Positions 48,786 to 61,939 of a stretch of 64,000 bases of DNA are shown one piece after another (the first letter of the stretch is position 1; every line of letters begins with the position of its first letter). Under the pieces are notes generated by a model. That model did not search any database. It saw nothing but the letters and a program-made list of their open reading frames with translations, and was not told where the DNA came from. This DNA is from Chiloscyllium plagiosum (taxonomy: Eukaryota), in assembly GCF_004010195.1 (NCBI RefSeq), contig NC_057710.1, forward strand, positions 23,330,779 to 23,394,778. Reading direction: 5' to 3'. A program made the translations under genes and the position numbers.

Positions 48786-51700
48786 TGTGGGACTTGGCAA
48801 GATGGTGGCAATTTATTCGATCTGCCGTGCATGGCTCTGCCTAACAGCCAAGGTTCATTGGTGTTTTTTGCCATCCCTGGCTAACTTCTATGAAAGAATT
48901 GTTAATTTAAAACTTTGAGAACACATGCTTGTTCACATTTTGGAGAGGGAAAGATGCCAAAGGGAAAGGTAGTGAGCAAACAGCAGCAGGGAGGACACTC
49001 CCCGCAGCACTGGGCAAGCTAGAGACCCCAGCAGCGGCGCCTCCCGAACCCCCGAGGGACTTTATGGATCCGCAGGAATTGGCGGCGGCGATGGCAAGAT
49101 TCACTGCAGAGGTTGAGGCTGCGTTCGAGGAGATTTGAGCCCAGATCCAACCCATCGTGTCTCTGCTGCAAAAGCATGAATGGGAGCTCCGGGACATCGG
49201 GGAGTGGATGGAAAATGTGGAGGGTCGAACCATGGCCTCAGAGTGGCAATCGAGTCCTCGTCTGGACGGATCCAGACACTGGACCAGCAAGGGCGGGCCT
49301 TGTGAGATCAGGTCGACCTCGAAAATTGAGTTCAAAGGTCGAATCTACGGATTGTCAGGCTCCCGGAGGGTGAAGAAGGTGGGCAGTCAGTCAGCTTCTT
49401 TGAACACTGACTGTCACAGTTCCTGGGCCTTCAAATCGAGGTCTGGCCATCTGCAGATTGAAAGGGCCTACCTGGTGGCAGTGCGCAGATCTGGGCCAGT
49501 ACAGCACCCCCACACGGTCCTAGTGCACTTCCACTCCTACAAGGGCAAGCAAAGAGCGATAGCCTCCAGATCACTGGGAAAGACTCTCAGAAACTGCTGC
49601 ACAAGGGATCAAAAGTTATGTTCTTCCAAGATTTCTCAGCAGTTGTAATCCAAAAGAGGAAGTCCTTTAATGAAGTTAAGAAGAGGCTGAGGAACCTGGG
49701 CATCCAGTACTCCATGAGGTACTCGGTGGTGCTCCATTTCAGCCAGGAGGATTCGATTTATACGTTTGACTCGGCAGATAAAGCCAAGAACTTTGTGGAC
49801 ACTTTAAAATAGACCGACTGATCTGAAGAATATGGTTAATGTTTGTCCTCTTTTCCTTCTTACCCTGTTTTTTACCCCTTGTCCCTTTTTTCCTCTCTCC
49901 CTAATAATTCTTTTAAGAACAAAGAATCTTGGAATATGTTGTTCCTACTATATATTTATAACTGGATTTTATCACGGGAAGGTTTATGGGTGTCTTTTGT
50001 TGTTTTCCCCTTTTTTTGTTTTTTTTCTTTTAATCATAATTGGGGTTGATGTGGAGCCAGGGATGGGTGGTGTGCTTATCCTGACTTTGTTGTCTTTTGT
50101 TGATTTAAGGATCATCTCCTTGTTTACTTATTTAATTTTGCCTAAGGCTGGGGCACAGTATAGGATTGAAGGAGTTGTGAGGGGGCGGGCTGGATAAGGT
50201 GAGTGCTCCCTATGGGCAGGGGGGGGGGGGGGGGGAAGAGTCACCCGTTCAAGGCTTTCCAGTTGGTTTTCTTTGTAGTTTTTTTGGCAGCAATAGTTGT
50301 TTGTAGTTATGTTAAAGTAGTTTTTGTATACACAATTTTACGAATCTGAGACTTCATTTACTTGTACTCGGTGCATTGCAAGCAGGGTTCTCCCTCCTTG
50401 GGAGGGTTCAAGGGTCTCTGAAAGGGGATATGGCTAAGAGTCTTGTTAAGTGGTGCACCTGAACATCAAGGGAAGTCATTCACCTGCTAAAAGTAAAAAG
50501 GGATTTCTAGCTTTAAGAGGGAGAGGGTTGATATTGCCCTGTTGCAGGAAATCCATCTTGACCATGGGGAACACCTGAAGTTACAACAGGGGGGTTATTA
50601 CAGGGTATTCCTTTCATCCTTTACGACCAAAAGTAGGGGAGTGGCTATACTTATCCAGAAAAATCTACCGTTCACATTATTAGAGCAGGTGAAAGATGAG
50701 CAAGGGCAGTTTATTAAAGGTGCTACTTAATTTACCTGTTTGTTAGCATTGAAATATGGTTTACTATATTACCATGTTTTACATATTTTGTGTTGACATT
50801 TATTCTAGGTAATTAACACATCAACTCAAGACCAATAACTGGAGGAAAGATTGGAATGTTATTTCAACCAATTTTGAACTTGTGAAAGTCGTAGTCAGAA
50901 CTTTATATTGTTAAATGCAGTCTTGTCTACATTTCACCCTGCTTTATCATTGCTGTTAAATTTCTTTTGATTATGAAAACTGGGATGAAACTTGCACTGA
51001 TACATGGTGAGGAATATGGCATTTTAAATGTCTACTGTCCTCCGGTGCATCCACTCAAATTTTTGATTAGTGCCTTCTCTAAGCTGAGTGCCTTTGGAAT
51101 GTGGCACATTATTATAGAGGGAGATTTCAGTTGCCTTTAGAATGTGGCACATTATTATAGAGGGAGATTTCAGTTGCCTTTTGGATCTGATAGTGGACAG
51201 GATGCCCGGTGGGCTCCCAACTATTTCTTTGCAGGCCAAGCAGGCGAGGAGTTGGGGCTGGTGGACATTTGGAGATGTCTTCATCCTACCAGCAGAGACT
51301 TCACTTTTTTTTTTTCAAATCTGCATGAATGTCACACAAGGATTGATCTTTCTCTGGCACCCTTGACCCTTCTGGATTCGATTATGGGTTGTAAAATTGG
51401 GAATATAGCTATCTCTGATCACACGGTAGTGTATTTGGAGGTTAAGGCCAAGAGTGAGGGGCTAGGTTCACGGCACTGCCATCTGGATCCTTTTCTCCTC
51501 AGAATTCCAAATTTGTGGAATACATTTTGAGGGAGTTTCAGGGGTTTTTGACTATCAATCCGATCACGGCTAGTATCCCATTTATGCTATGGGAGACTGC
51601 TTACGCCTTTGCTAGTGGATTAGCTATTCCTATTCGGCTAGCCAGAAATGACAGAAGGGGGAACACAAGCATCTACTTGAGACATGGCTGAAAGATGCTG

Positions 51701-54700
51701 AGGTGGCACATTTTGCGAGGCCTTCAGTGACTAAGCTACAGTGGATCACGGCCCTCCAGGCTGCCCTGAATTCAGTACTTACACAAACCGCAAAGAAAGA
51801 ACTTGTTTTTGCTAGACAAAGACTGTTTGTTTGAGTATGGGGATAGGCCAGGGAAGTATTTAGCGTACCTGACTACAAAAAAGCGTGCTCCCCAATCCAT
51901 TACTGCAATCAGAGACAGCGCCGGAGTCCTTACGTACAATGTCAAATGGATTAATGAGGCTTTTCACAGTTTTTACTCTGAATTGTATTGGTTTGAAGGT
52001 TGCGAGGACAGGTGGGTCAAAATGGAAGCTTTTTTTTTAAGAGCTTGGACCTCCCAGGGGGTAACCTTGGAACAGGCCTCTCTCCTTAATGCCCCCGTGA
52101 CAGTTCAGGAAATACAGGAGGCAGCTGGGCAACTTCAACATGGGAAAGCGCCTGGCCCTGATGGTCTCCCGGGTGAGCTTTATAAGGAGTTCATAGGGAT
52201 TCTGTCAGGCCCGATGCTGGAAATGTACAATCACTCCTATATGCATGAATGCCTACCACCATCTTTGAGCGAAGCTAATATTTCTCTCATTCTTAAGAAG
52301 GGGAAGGTTCCTGAGGATTGTGCTTCATACAGGCCCATCTCTCTATTAAATTCAGATTTCAAGATTCTAAGATTTTGGCGCTGAGATTGGAGAAGATGTT
52401 GCCCTATATTGTCAAAGAGGACCAGACAAGTTTTAAAAGGGGTCGTAAGTCCTCTAATAATATGAGAAGGTTGCTGAATATGGTCCAAGCATGTCAGCAG
52501 CAATCGATCCAGGGGTTCGTGATTTCCTTAGACGCAGAGAAAGCATTTGAATGAGTGGAATGGCTTTATCTCTTTTATGTCTTAGAGCGGTTTGGATTGG
52601 GTGGGATCTTTGCTAGGTGGGTGGAGGTTTTATATCACCACCCTCTGGCCGTGGTCATGACCAATGGGGTGAAGTGTGGGAACTTTAGGATTGGTAGGGG
52701 TAGTCATCAAGACTACCCTCCCTCTCACCGTTGTTGTTTACGTTGGTGATAGAGCCGCTGACAGAGGCCATTCGTCAGAATTCCACATTACTGCTCCGGA
52801 AGTGGGATCGAGAGCACACAAGATTATACTGTATGCAGATGATGTCCTTCTGTTTTTATTGGACCCGATGACCTCTGTACTCCATGTGATATAATGTATT
52901 AATTCATTTGGGGCTTTTTCAGGATATAAGATCAACTTTGCAAAGTTGGAGGCTATGCCTTTGCGGACCATAAGGAAGTGCCAGAGGTTGAATTTGGCCT
53001 TAGGTTCCCCTTTAAGTGGTCACGGGTAGGTTTCCGATAACTAGGCATTTTTATTACCCCCATGTTTGATCAGTTATTTCGGACTAATTTTGTTCACCTG
53101 CTAGACAATTTTAGGTGGGATCTCCAGAGATGGGAGGCTCTTCCAATTCCGTGGTTGGGCCAAATAGCCTTTATTAAGATGAATCTACTTCCTCATTTGC
53201 TTTATCCCATGCGTATGCTCCCTACAATGTTCCTCAGGTCAACGTTGCAGAGACTTATGGGTTGGTTTAGTTCTTTTGTTTAGTGTTGTGGGCGACCCCT
53301 CATCAAACTTAATAAATTGCAATTGTCTCCAGAATGGGGAGGAGTTGAATTCCCAGACATCAGGAGGTATTGACTGAGTCCCCTGTTATCCTTTGTGTGC
53401 AATTGGGCAAGTAACAATCCGGGTTCAATATAGCCTGTCAGGCAAAGTGCCCTCTTATTAGCCTGTTGTTCATGGATAAAATGAGGACAGTTATGGACCA
53501 CTGCCGGAACCCCATTGTTATTAGTCCTGTTAAGGCATGGAGGGCAATGCGTCAGAATGAGGGTTGCTCATCCAAGACTTTGCCACTCACCCCTGACCAG
53601 GGATGATGGACTCCGGGTTCAAACAATGGGCAGTGAGAGGAGTTTCTAATTTAGGAGACTTGTTTAAGGGGGCGGTCATGATGTCCTTTGAGCAACTGAG
53701 CCGCAAATACGGGCTGCCCAGCAAGATCTTTTCCGTTTTTTTTTCAGTTTAGGGTTTTCGTCCAGAAGAAGACTACGCTTCTCACTAAGCCCTAGAAGCC
53801 CAATACAGAGAGGTTGTTGCTACATGCCACAAGCACCCTTTCGGTTAGTGCCCTCTATCGCCTGCTGGGTGGCAGGGTCTGGAAGGATATTACCTGGCTA
53901 TGTGAGGTCTGGGAGCAAGAGCTAGGAGTGGAGATCTCTTCTGAAACATGGAAGCACATATGGGAGAACATGCAAAAGATCTCAGTCTGTAATAGGACAT
54001 GCGCTGTGCAGTTAAAGGTTCTGCACAAGGTTCATCTGACACTGGACCATCTGGTGAAGTTTAAAAAAGGGGCATCTCCAATGTGCCCCAAATGTAGGTA
54101 CTCATATCCATTGCTCCTGGACCTGCCATAGGCTCCGTGATTATTGGAGCACTGTGACGGCAGAGGTAGGGAGGATATTGAGAACTGAAGTTAAAGTGGA
54201 CCTGATATCTCTCTTAGGTCGATCGAATTTATCATCATTAGACTGGAATGGGAAGAAACTATTTACTATTCTTGCTTACTGTGAACAGGAGAATATTCTC
54301 ATGAATTGAGTGTCTGAGAACCTGCCAGGTTTGCTGGGATGGCGAAAATTAATTATGGAGCACATTCCCTTGGATTATCTCACAAATATGGAGCTCTGTA
54401 CAACAGACTCTTTTTATCAGACATGGCAGCCCTTTTTTGAATTATTTGGATACAGATTTATCTGCTATCTTAACTAGGGTGTTCGTTTAACCAGGCTGGT
54501 TAGGTTTGATGAGCCCTGGCCCCTGGAAGGGGGGCTCCTGAGTGAATACTGGTATATATACAACATAGAACATAGAACAGTACAGCACAGAACAGACCCT
54601 TCAGCCCACAATGTTGTGCCGACCACTGATCCTCATGTATGCACTCTCAAATTTCTGTGACCATATGCATGTCCAGTAGTCTCTTAAACGTCCCCAATGA

Positions 54701-55259
54701 CCTTGCTTCCACAACTGCTGCTGGCAACACATTCCATGCTCTCACAACTCTGTAAAGAACCTGCCTCTGACATCCCCTCTATACTTTCCTCCAACCAGCT
54801 TAAAACTATGACCCCTCATGTTAATCATTTCTGCCCTGGGAAATAGTCTCTGGCTATCGACTCTATCTATGCCTCTCATTATCTTGTATACCTCAATTAG
54901 GTCCCCTCTCCTCCTCCTTTTCTCCAATGAAAAAAGTCTGAGCTCAGTCAACCTCTCCTCATAAGATAAGCCCTCCAGTCCAGGCAGCATCCTGGTAAAC
55001 CTCCTCTGAATGCACCTGTTTGGTTATTTGTTTGGGAGCTTTGCACTGAGCATTGTTATTCTATGTCCTTTTGTTTTCTTTCGTCACTTACTTATTTATT
55101 GTTGTTTTGCACAGTATTTGATTTGGTTTTGTTTTATAGGGTAGGTTAGTCGTTAGTTGCATTGTAATTTGAGCTTTTTAAATTATTTGTTACATTTTTA
55201 AAAACTTTATATTTTTGTAAAGTCAAAATTTTTTTGCTAATAAATATATTTACAAAAAA
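48786..55259 (+). mobile_element. Near full-length decayed L1-clade LINE (5' UTR, ORF1, ORF2, 3' UTR)
   Basis: ORF1 C-terminus FFQDFS..IQKRKSFNEVKKRLRNLGIQYSMRY. ORF2 from ATG ~50430: endonuclease LQEIH, SRGVAILI, GDF, ISDH; RT KAPGPDG, YRPISLLNSDFK, SLDAEKAF, LYADD. AATAAA plus A-tail near 55240-55259. Many frameshifts. Confidence 0.92.
54563..55010 (-). mobile_element. CR1 3' fragment inserted in the L1 3' UTR
   Basis: MLPGLEGLSYEERL...RGDLIEVYKIMRG; (catagaa)n tail. Confidence 0.9.
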
Positions 55260-55264
55260 GAGTA

Positions 55265-55895
55265 GAGGAGTCCAAACTAGAGGACACAGGTTTAAGGTAA
55301 AAGGGGAAAGATTTAAAAGAGATCTGAGGGGAAACTTTTTCACACACAGGGTGGTACGTATGTGTGATGAACTGCCAAAGGAAGTAATACAGGCAGGTAC
55401 AATTTCAGCATTTAAAAGACATTTGGACAGGTACATGGATAGGAAATGTGTACAGAGATATGGGTCATTTGCAGGCAAACAGGATAGTTCAATTTAGGAA
55501 ATCTGGTCAGCAAGGACAAGTTGGACTCATAGGACTATTCTGGATTAGTGGTGCTGGAAGAGCACAGCAGTTCAGGCAGCATTGGATGCTGCCTGAACTG
55601 CTGTGCTCTTCCAGCACCACTGATCCAGAATCTGGTTTCCAGCATCTGCAGTCATTGTTTTTACCTCATAGGACTATTCCTGTGCCATATGACTCTATCT
55701 CCTGTATCTTATTAAAAATTATTTCATTTCCTATCGATTATTGGGTTTTAAAACTGACTTATTGGGATTACTGTGTAAAATATTGACCTTGTCATTATTG
55801 CTGGCAGGTGGGACTAGATTGGGTTGGAATATCTGGTCAGCATGGACGGGTTGGACCGAAGTCTGTTTCCATGCTGTACATCTCTATGACTCTAA
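55265..55895 (+). mobile_element. CR1 3' fragments with a fold-back Penelope-terminus insert (about 55541-55664)
   Basis: RGHRFKVKGERFKRDLRGNFFT; insert flanked by TSD ctcataggactattc. Confidence 0.8.
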
Positions 55896-56074
55896 ATGGA
55901 GCTATATTGTGTAATCTAACTTTACAACATTGAAATTGCTGTCAGAATATACTGTCCACCAAACAATTGCTTAACCACATGAGCACAAATTGGAGGAGGT
56001 GGACCTTGCAGTTTCTGTAGTGTCTGTCATTGTCTGCGATCATTAAAGATAGTTTCCTGTAGCTAAATGTACCA

Positions 56075-56830
56075 GAATAACATAGAATATATAACACAAA
56101 AACAGGCTGCACGGACCAACTAGTCCATTGTGGTGTTTAAGCTTCACTTAAGCCTCCTCCTATCAAAGTTTACCAACGTAAGTATCAAATACATCTCACT
56201 CAAATATTTGACATTTTCGTCTTCAATGTATCCTTGCTATTTGCTTTAACCACTGTCTCTGTGGCAGCAACTACCACATTCATAATCTGAATTCCCTGTG
56301 GAATTTCCTGGTGACTCTTATACTGATGACTTCCAGTTATGCTCTTCTCCATTAAAGGAAACAGTCTCTCTGAATCCACTCTGTTAACCTTTCACAGTTT
56401 TAAAGGCATCTATTTAGTAGGACCCCTCAACCTTCATGCTTCTAGTGAAAAAAGGCACAGCCTTTCAATTGTATCCTGACATATAAACCCATACATTCTG
56501 ATATAATCCTTGTGAATCTACTCTCTACTCCCCCTTTCTTTTATATGGTTATCAGAACTACACACTGTATTCTAAAGTGTGGTTTAAACAAGCTTCAATA
56601 CATGTCTAGTGCAACGTTCATGCTTTACAATTCTGTCTCCCTGGAAATAATGAGCTTAGTTTTTTTTTTAAATGACCTTGCTAACCAATAGTGCTAACCA
56701 GAGTATATATGTACTCTGAGATCTTTTATTCCTCGACTCCACCTCAAACAGCACCTTCCGAGTATGAAGTGACCTCCCTGTTGTTCTTACCAAAGTGTAC
56801 CAGCTCACATTTATCTGTGTTGAAATTGAT
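56075..56830 (-). mobile_element. Old CR1 fragment
   Basis: Decayed reverse-oriented 3' region. Confidence 0.65.
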
Positions 56831-57574
56831 GGAGAAAACGGGAGAACCATCTATACAACGTATTCAAGAAGAACGGATACTCAAAAAATACAGTCCGCAG
56901 ATTCCTCAAGAACAAACCACGACAAGCAGACCAAACACAGCCTGGAACCCTAACCACCTTACCATACATCAAAGAAGTTTCAGAAAAGACAGCCAGACTA
57001 CTAAGATCCCTCGGAACCCTAGTAGCACACAAATCCACCAACACTCTCAAACAAAAACTAACAAACTTAAAAGACCCAGTACAATCCATGGACAAAACCA
57101 ACGTCATCTACAAAATTCCATGCAAGGACTGCCACAAACATTACGTAGGACAAACAGGAAGAAAGTTAGCCACCAGGATACATGAACACCAGCTAGCCAC
57201 AAAAAGACACGACCCTCTCTCCCTCGTAGCCCTACACACGGATGAAAAAAAACACCATTTCGACTTGGACAAAGCCTGTCCCAGGATAGATGCAAAGCAA
57301 AGACATGCCAGAGAATTCCTAGAGGCCTGGCACTCCAACCACAACGCCATAAACAAACACAGAGATCTAGATACCATGTATCAACCCCTCAGAAAACGAA
57401 CAGGAAATGACATCACCACGAACCCCAGGACCCCCAACCAGGACAAACGTATAAATAGAAAGCAGGAGACAACAGCTTCGCTTCACTTGGAGGTCACCAC
57501 TGATGATGTTACCTAGCCAGGTAATGAAACGTCTGGATATCAAACCTACAGCTCAGCGAGCAAACCTACACCCT
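56831..57574 (+). mobile_element. Penelope-like element 3' half (GIY-YIG endonuclease plus terminal hammerhead)
   Basis: NVIYKIPCKDCHKHYVGQTGRKLATRIHEH...REFLEAWHS..AIN; TLPYIKEVSE linker upstream. Confidence 0.92.
57497..57536 (+). ncRNA. Minimal type I hammerhead ribozyme of the Penelope terminus
   Basis: cca-CTGATGA-t-gttacc(tagcca)ggtaat-GAAA-cgtc-tgg; GUC triplet, predicted cleavage after 57533. Confidence 0.78.
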
Positions 57575-58586
57575 ATTGATTGAGAAGGTCAGTAAGAGGA
57601 GATACAGGTATCCAGCAGGTGGCAGGATAAAGTTTCCAAGCAGCTTAGTATGAGTGGTCAAAGGTGGCAAAGCTAGTCCCTGTCAGAAGCTTCCCTGTCA
57701 TAACCCTCCAGGATATGACCGCAAGTCAGGGAAATGTTTAATAACCAAGATAACTCAGGTAAACTTTCCAACTTGTAACTCTACTTGACAACCTATTGCT
57801 TCAGCACACTTCTCTTTCTCAATTTTCAATCATTCCAACAAACTTCACTGGATCACTTTCATCTCCTAATAGCCTCTCCAATCCAGAAATCCAAAGTCCG
57901 GAAACACCAGTTGTCTGGAAATGTATTGAGCAAATCCAAGCAACTTGACTCGTTTTAGTATATTTTTTTGAGAAATAAAAAAAAGAGCACACAGTATTTA
58001 GATGATGTTGCAACCAGAGAAGACAATAGGTGAAGGAGTTTCCTCTTTTCCCTTCTTTGTTTGACTGTAACAATCTTTTTTTTAATTTTGCATAAGGATA
58101 TCTTCACCAATTTAATGTTTAATTAACTGTTTACATACTGTAATCGTAAAACAAATCAATCAGACACTTTTTCTGGTATAACCATAATTCAGATTAGGTT
58201 ATGTATTCTTAAACTGATCTAAGCAAAATATTCTCCCAACTTCCATATGTACACACACATATTTGAAGCCCACAAGTACAATTTTGTTTATTCACTCACA
58301 GGTTGTGGGCATCGCTGGCTGGGCCAGCATTTATTGCAAATCCCTATTTGTCCAGAGAGCAGTTAAGAGTCAACCACATTGCTGTGGGTCTGGAGTCACA
58401 TATCAGCCAGACCAGCTAAGGGTGACAAATTTCCTTCCATAAAGGACATTAGTGAACCAATTACAGAGAAGGGGATTAGTCCATCAAAATGCATCATAAA
58501 AGATAAACGGTGGTTTGAATCATTCTCTGAAGGAATGTGTTTAAATCACACAACAAACTTTTTTCTGTCATGTCCCCTCCCTCTTC

Positions 58587-59091
58587 NNNNNNNNNNNNNN
58601 NNNNNNNNNNNNNNNNNNNNNNNNNNNNNNNNNNNNNNNNNNNNNNNNNNNNNNNNNNNNNNNNNNNNNNNNNNNNNNNNNNNNNNNNNNNNNNNNNNNN
58701 NNNNNNNNNNNNNNNNNNNNNNNNNNNNNNNNNNNNNNNNNNNNNNNNNNNNNNNNNNNNNNNNNNNNNNNNNNNNNNNNNNNNNNNNNNNNNNNNNNNN
58801 NNNNNNNNNNNNNNNNNNNNNNNNNNNNNNNNNNNNNNNNNNNNNNNNNNNNNNNNNNNNNNNNNNNNNNNNNNNNNNNNNNNNNNNNNNNNNNNNNNNN
58901 NNNNNNNNNNNNNNNNNNNNNNNNNNNNNNNNNNNNNNNNNNNNNNNNNNNNNNNNNNNNNNNNNNNNNNNNNNNNNNNNNNNNNNNNNNNNNNNNNNNN
59001 NNNNNNNNNNNNNNNNNNNNNNNNNNNNNNNNNNNNNNNNNNNNNNNNNNNNNNNNNNNNNNNNNNNNNNNNNNNNNNNNNNNNNNNNNNN
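58587..59091. other. Assembly gap (N run)
   Basis: Run of n, adjoining a CT-rich repeat. Confidence 1.
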
Positions 59092-59214
59092 CCTCTCTCT
59101 GGCACCACCTCTCTCTGTCCCCACTCCCTCTCTCTGTCACCCTCACTCTCTCCCCCTCTCTCTCTCTCTCCCCTTCTCTCTCTCTCTCTCCCCCTCTCTC
59201 TCTCTCCCCCTCCC
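59092..59214 (+). repeat. (CT)n-rich simple repeat
   Basis: ctctctct/ccc runs. Confidence 0.95.
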
Positions 59215-59519
59215 TGTAATTCAAACATGACTGTCACTTCCAATTGGAGCTTGATTAGCTCATGCAGAGAGTGAAGTTCTTGTTTAAGCAATTACTTCTG
59301 AATAGTTTGCTATCAGTTGTTGGATACTGAGATGGCTCCCGCAGAGATCTTGTTGATACAGTGGGGAAAAATGTCTCACGGAGGGGAGGAGAGTTCCATT
59401 CCATTGGATACTTGCAAAGACGCACAATTTCTTCTCTATATGCCTGGACAATGGAACGCATTTAATAAAGCAAATTAATGTCAGTGAACGTGATGAAGAC
59501 TGCATCACTTTATTCACTT

Positions 59520-61170
59520 TCACTTGTAGACATTTACAGCACAGGGAAGCCATTTGGCCCATTGTGTCCATGCTGGCCAATAACGATCTGACCACACAAA
59601 TCGTCTTTTCCAGCTTTTGGTCCATAGCCTTGGAGTCAACAGAAATGTAAGTGAATATGTAAGTAGCTTTTAAATCTTGAGAGCTTCTGACACGGCCAGA
59701 CTCCAGACTTGGATGAAAAAATTCTCCTCAACTCTCCTTTAACCTTCTACCTCTTACCTTAAATCTATTGACACTGTACTATTGAAAAAGTACATTCCTA
59801 TCCAATCTTTCAATGTACATCATAATTTTATGCACTTCCATCAGGTGCCTTCTCAAAGTTCGCTGCTCAATGGAGAACAATCCCAGCCTTTCTAATTTCT
59901 CCTCATAACTCACACCCTTCAGTCCAGGCAGGATCCTGATAATTCTCCTTTCTACCCTGTCTATTACAGTCACATCCTTCCTATAATGTGGTGACCAGGA
60001 CTGCAAACAGTTACCATTTGTGGCCTAACCAGCATTTTAGGCAGTTCCAACATAACCTCCCTTCCACAATATTCTATGCCTCAGGTAATAAAGATAAAAT
60101 TAATAATTAAAAAGGTACATGTCCCATATGCCGCCTTAACACCTTATCTACCTTCCCTGCTACCTTCAGGGAGCCATGGATGTACACATCAAAGTCTCCC
60201 TGATTGTCAGTACTTTCCAGGGTTCATCATTCTTAGTATGATCCCTTGCCTTGTTAACCTATCGCAAGTGCATCACCCACACTTTTCCAGGTTGAATTCC
60301 ATTTGCTACTTCTGTGCCCACCTGACAACACTGTTGATCTCCTCCTTCAGTTCATAGCTATCCATATCATTATTTACTACCCGACTAATTCTTGTGTCAG
60401 CCACAAATGTCCTGATCATACACCCCTACCTTTATGTCCAAATCATGGATGTACACAACAAACAGCAACAATCCCAGCACCAAGCCTTAAGGAACCCTAA
60501 TAGGGATCACAGAAACATCCCTCAACAATCGCCCTCTGCTTCCTGCCTCCCAGTCAATTTGCCTTGGATCCATTACTTTCTTGTCCAGTCTGCCAGGAAG
60601 GACTTTATCAAAACTTTGAGTTATTTAGACCCCAACAAATGCATTGACTTCCTGCTTACCTCATCAAAAAATTCAATCATGATCTTCCCTGAACAAATCC
60701 GCGCTGACTATCCCATCTAATCGGTGTTTCTCCATGTATAGATACATTCTGTCCTTCGGAATTCTTTCTAATATCTTTAACACCATCAAGGTCAGACTGA
60801 CTGGCCTTCGATTTCCTGGTCTATCTCTTTCTCCTTTTGTCCTCCAGTCCTCTCACACCTCACCTCTGGCCAGAGACGCTTTGAAATTACTGCCAGGGCC
60901 CCCAATATCTTCTCCCTCGTCTCCATCAAAAGAGATATATCTCATCCAAACCTGCAAATTAATGCACTTTTAAGACTGCTAAACCTGTTAGTACCTCCTC
61001 TCTCTCCCTCCATTCATTTATTTTAATATTGGCATTCATCCCTGACACCTGCATCATCCTTTTTCCATTTTGAAGAATGACACAAAGTATTCATTGAGGT
61101 CTATGTTGGTGTCTTCTAGGTCCACAAACAATCACATCTATGGTCTCTCATGCACCCTAATCTTTCCCTG
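59520..61170 (-). mobile_element. Old CR1 fragment
   Basis: QSWSPHYRKDV...SYEEKLERLGLFSIEQR. Confidence 0.75.
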
Positions 61171-61171
61171 C

Positions 61172-61863
61172 TGTGGGAAAAGATCTGCCACCCTGCCTAT
61201 CCATAATACCTCCACACAGAACATAGGAAAGCAAACTTGGCCAAACTATATCAGAAAAACCTAGAATGCCTCAGCAGTGACCTAACAGACTGACAAGTGA
61301 AACCAGACAGCACTCGCAGACAAGGGAATACACTTCCCAAAACGCACTAACAACGCCAGGTCAACACAGCTGTCCCAAAGCCCCGGGGCAGTCTCATAAT
61401 ACAGCAGTACCACAGCCACACAAAGGGCAGATCAGGCAGAGAGCACCACCAAGGACCTCGCTCCTAGGACAGGAACAATGGAAGCACCTTGCTGTTTCAA
61501 AAGAGACATTCTCACCTACCTGCAAAGAGAACTGGGATCTCCTGATCCCATTGATACTGTCAGGATGCTGCATTGTATCGACAATCAAGACATTCTTCCG
61601 ATAACTGTTTTTCAATTATCACCATTGTAACTGGATTACTCAATTTCCAAATACATTGTCTCTTTCCACATTTTAATTAACCTCATTGTACAAGATTCCT
61701 ATAAAACCCGACTTCATCCTTAACATGAGGAAGAGAATTCTCAGCTACCTCGATAGACTGTCTGCGCTGTTTCTTAGTCAATTTCTCTTGTAATAAACAA
61801 CTTGTCATTTTCACCGAATCTGGTTTGTGTGGTCTCTGCTTTATTGGGCTAACTTCTCCAACA
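61172..61863 (+). mobile_element. Probable solo LTR (about 690 bp)
   Basis: TG...CA ends, TATAAAA near 61700, AATAAA near 61792; interrupts a CR1 fragment; TSD unclear. Confidence 0.55.
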
Positions 61864-61939
61864 CTTATTTATTTTCTTGCTCATTATAATTGGAAAAAAG
61901 AACCTTTTGGTTCTCCTTTACTTTATGTTCTGCACACAA

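Larger units (their letters stand above)
57859..59443 (-). other. Candidate last two coding exons of an unidentified minus-strand gene (59443-59296, 57914-57859)
   Basis: Unique sequence with AG/GT flanks; spliced frame AYREEIVRLCKYPMEWNSPPLRETFFPTVSTRSLREPSQYPTTDSKLFRNNWCFRTLDFWIGEAIRR*; no homolog recognised. Confidence 0.25.

Noticed and set aside
58379-59291. Long ORFs of 192-283 aa
   Set aside because: N gap plus CT microsatellite
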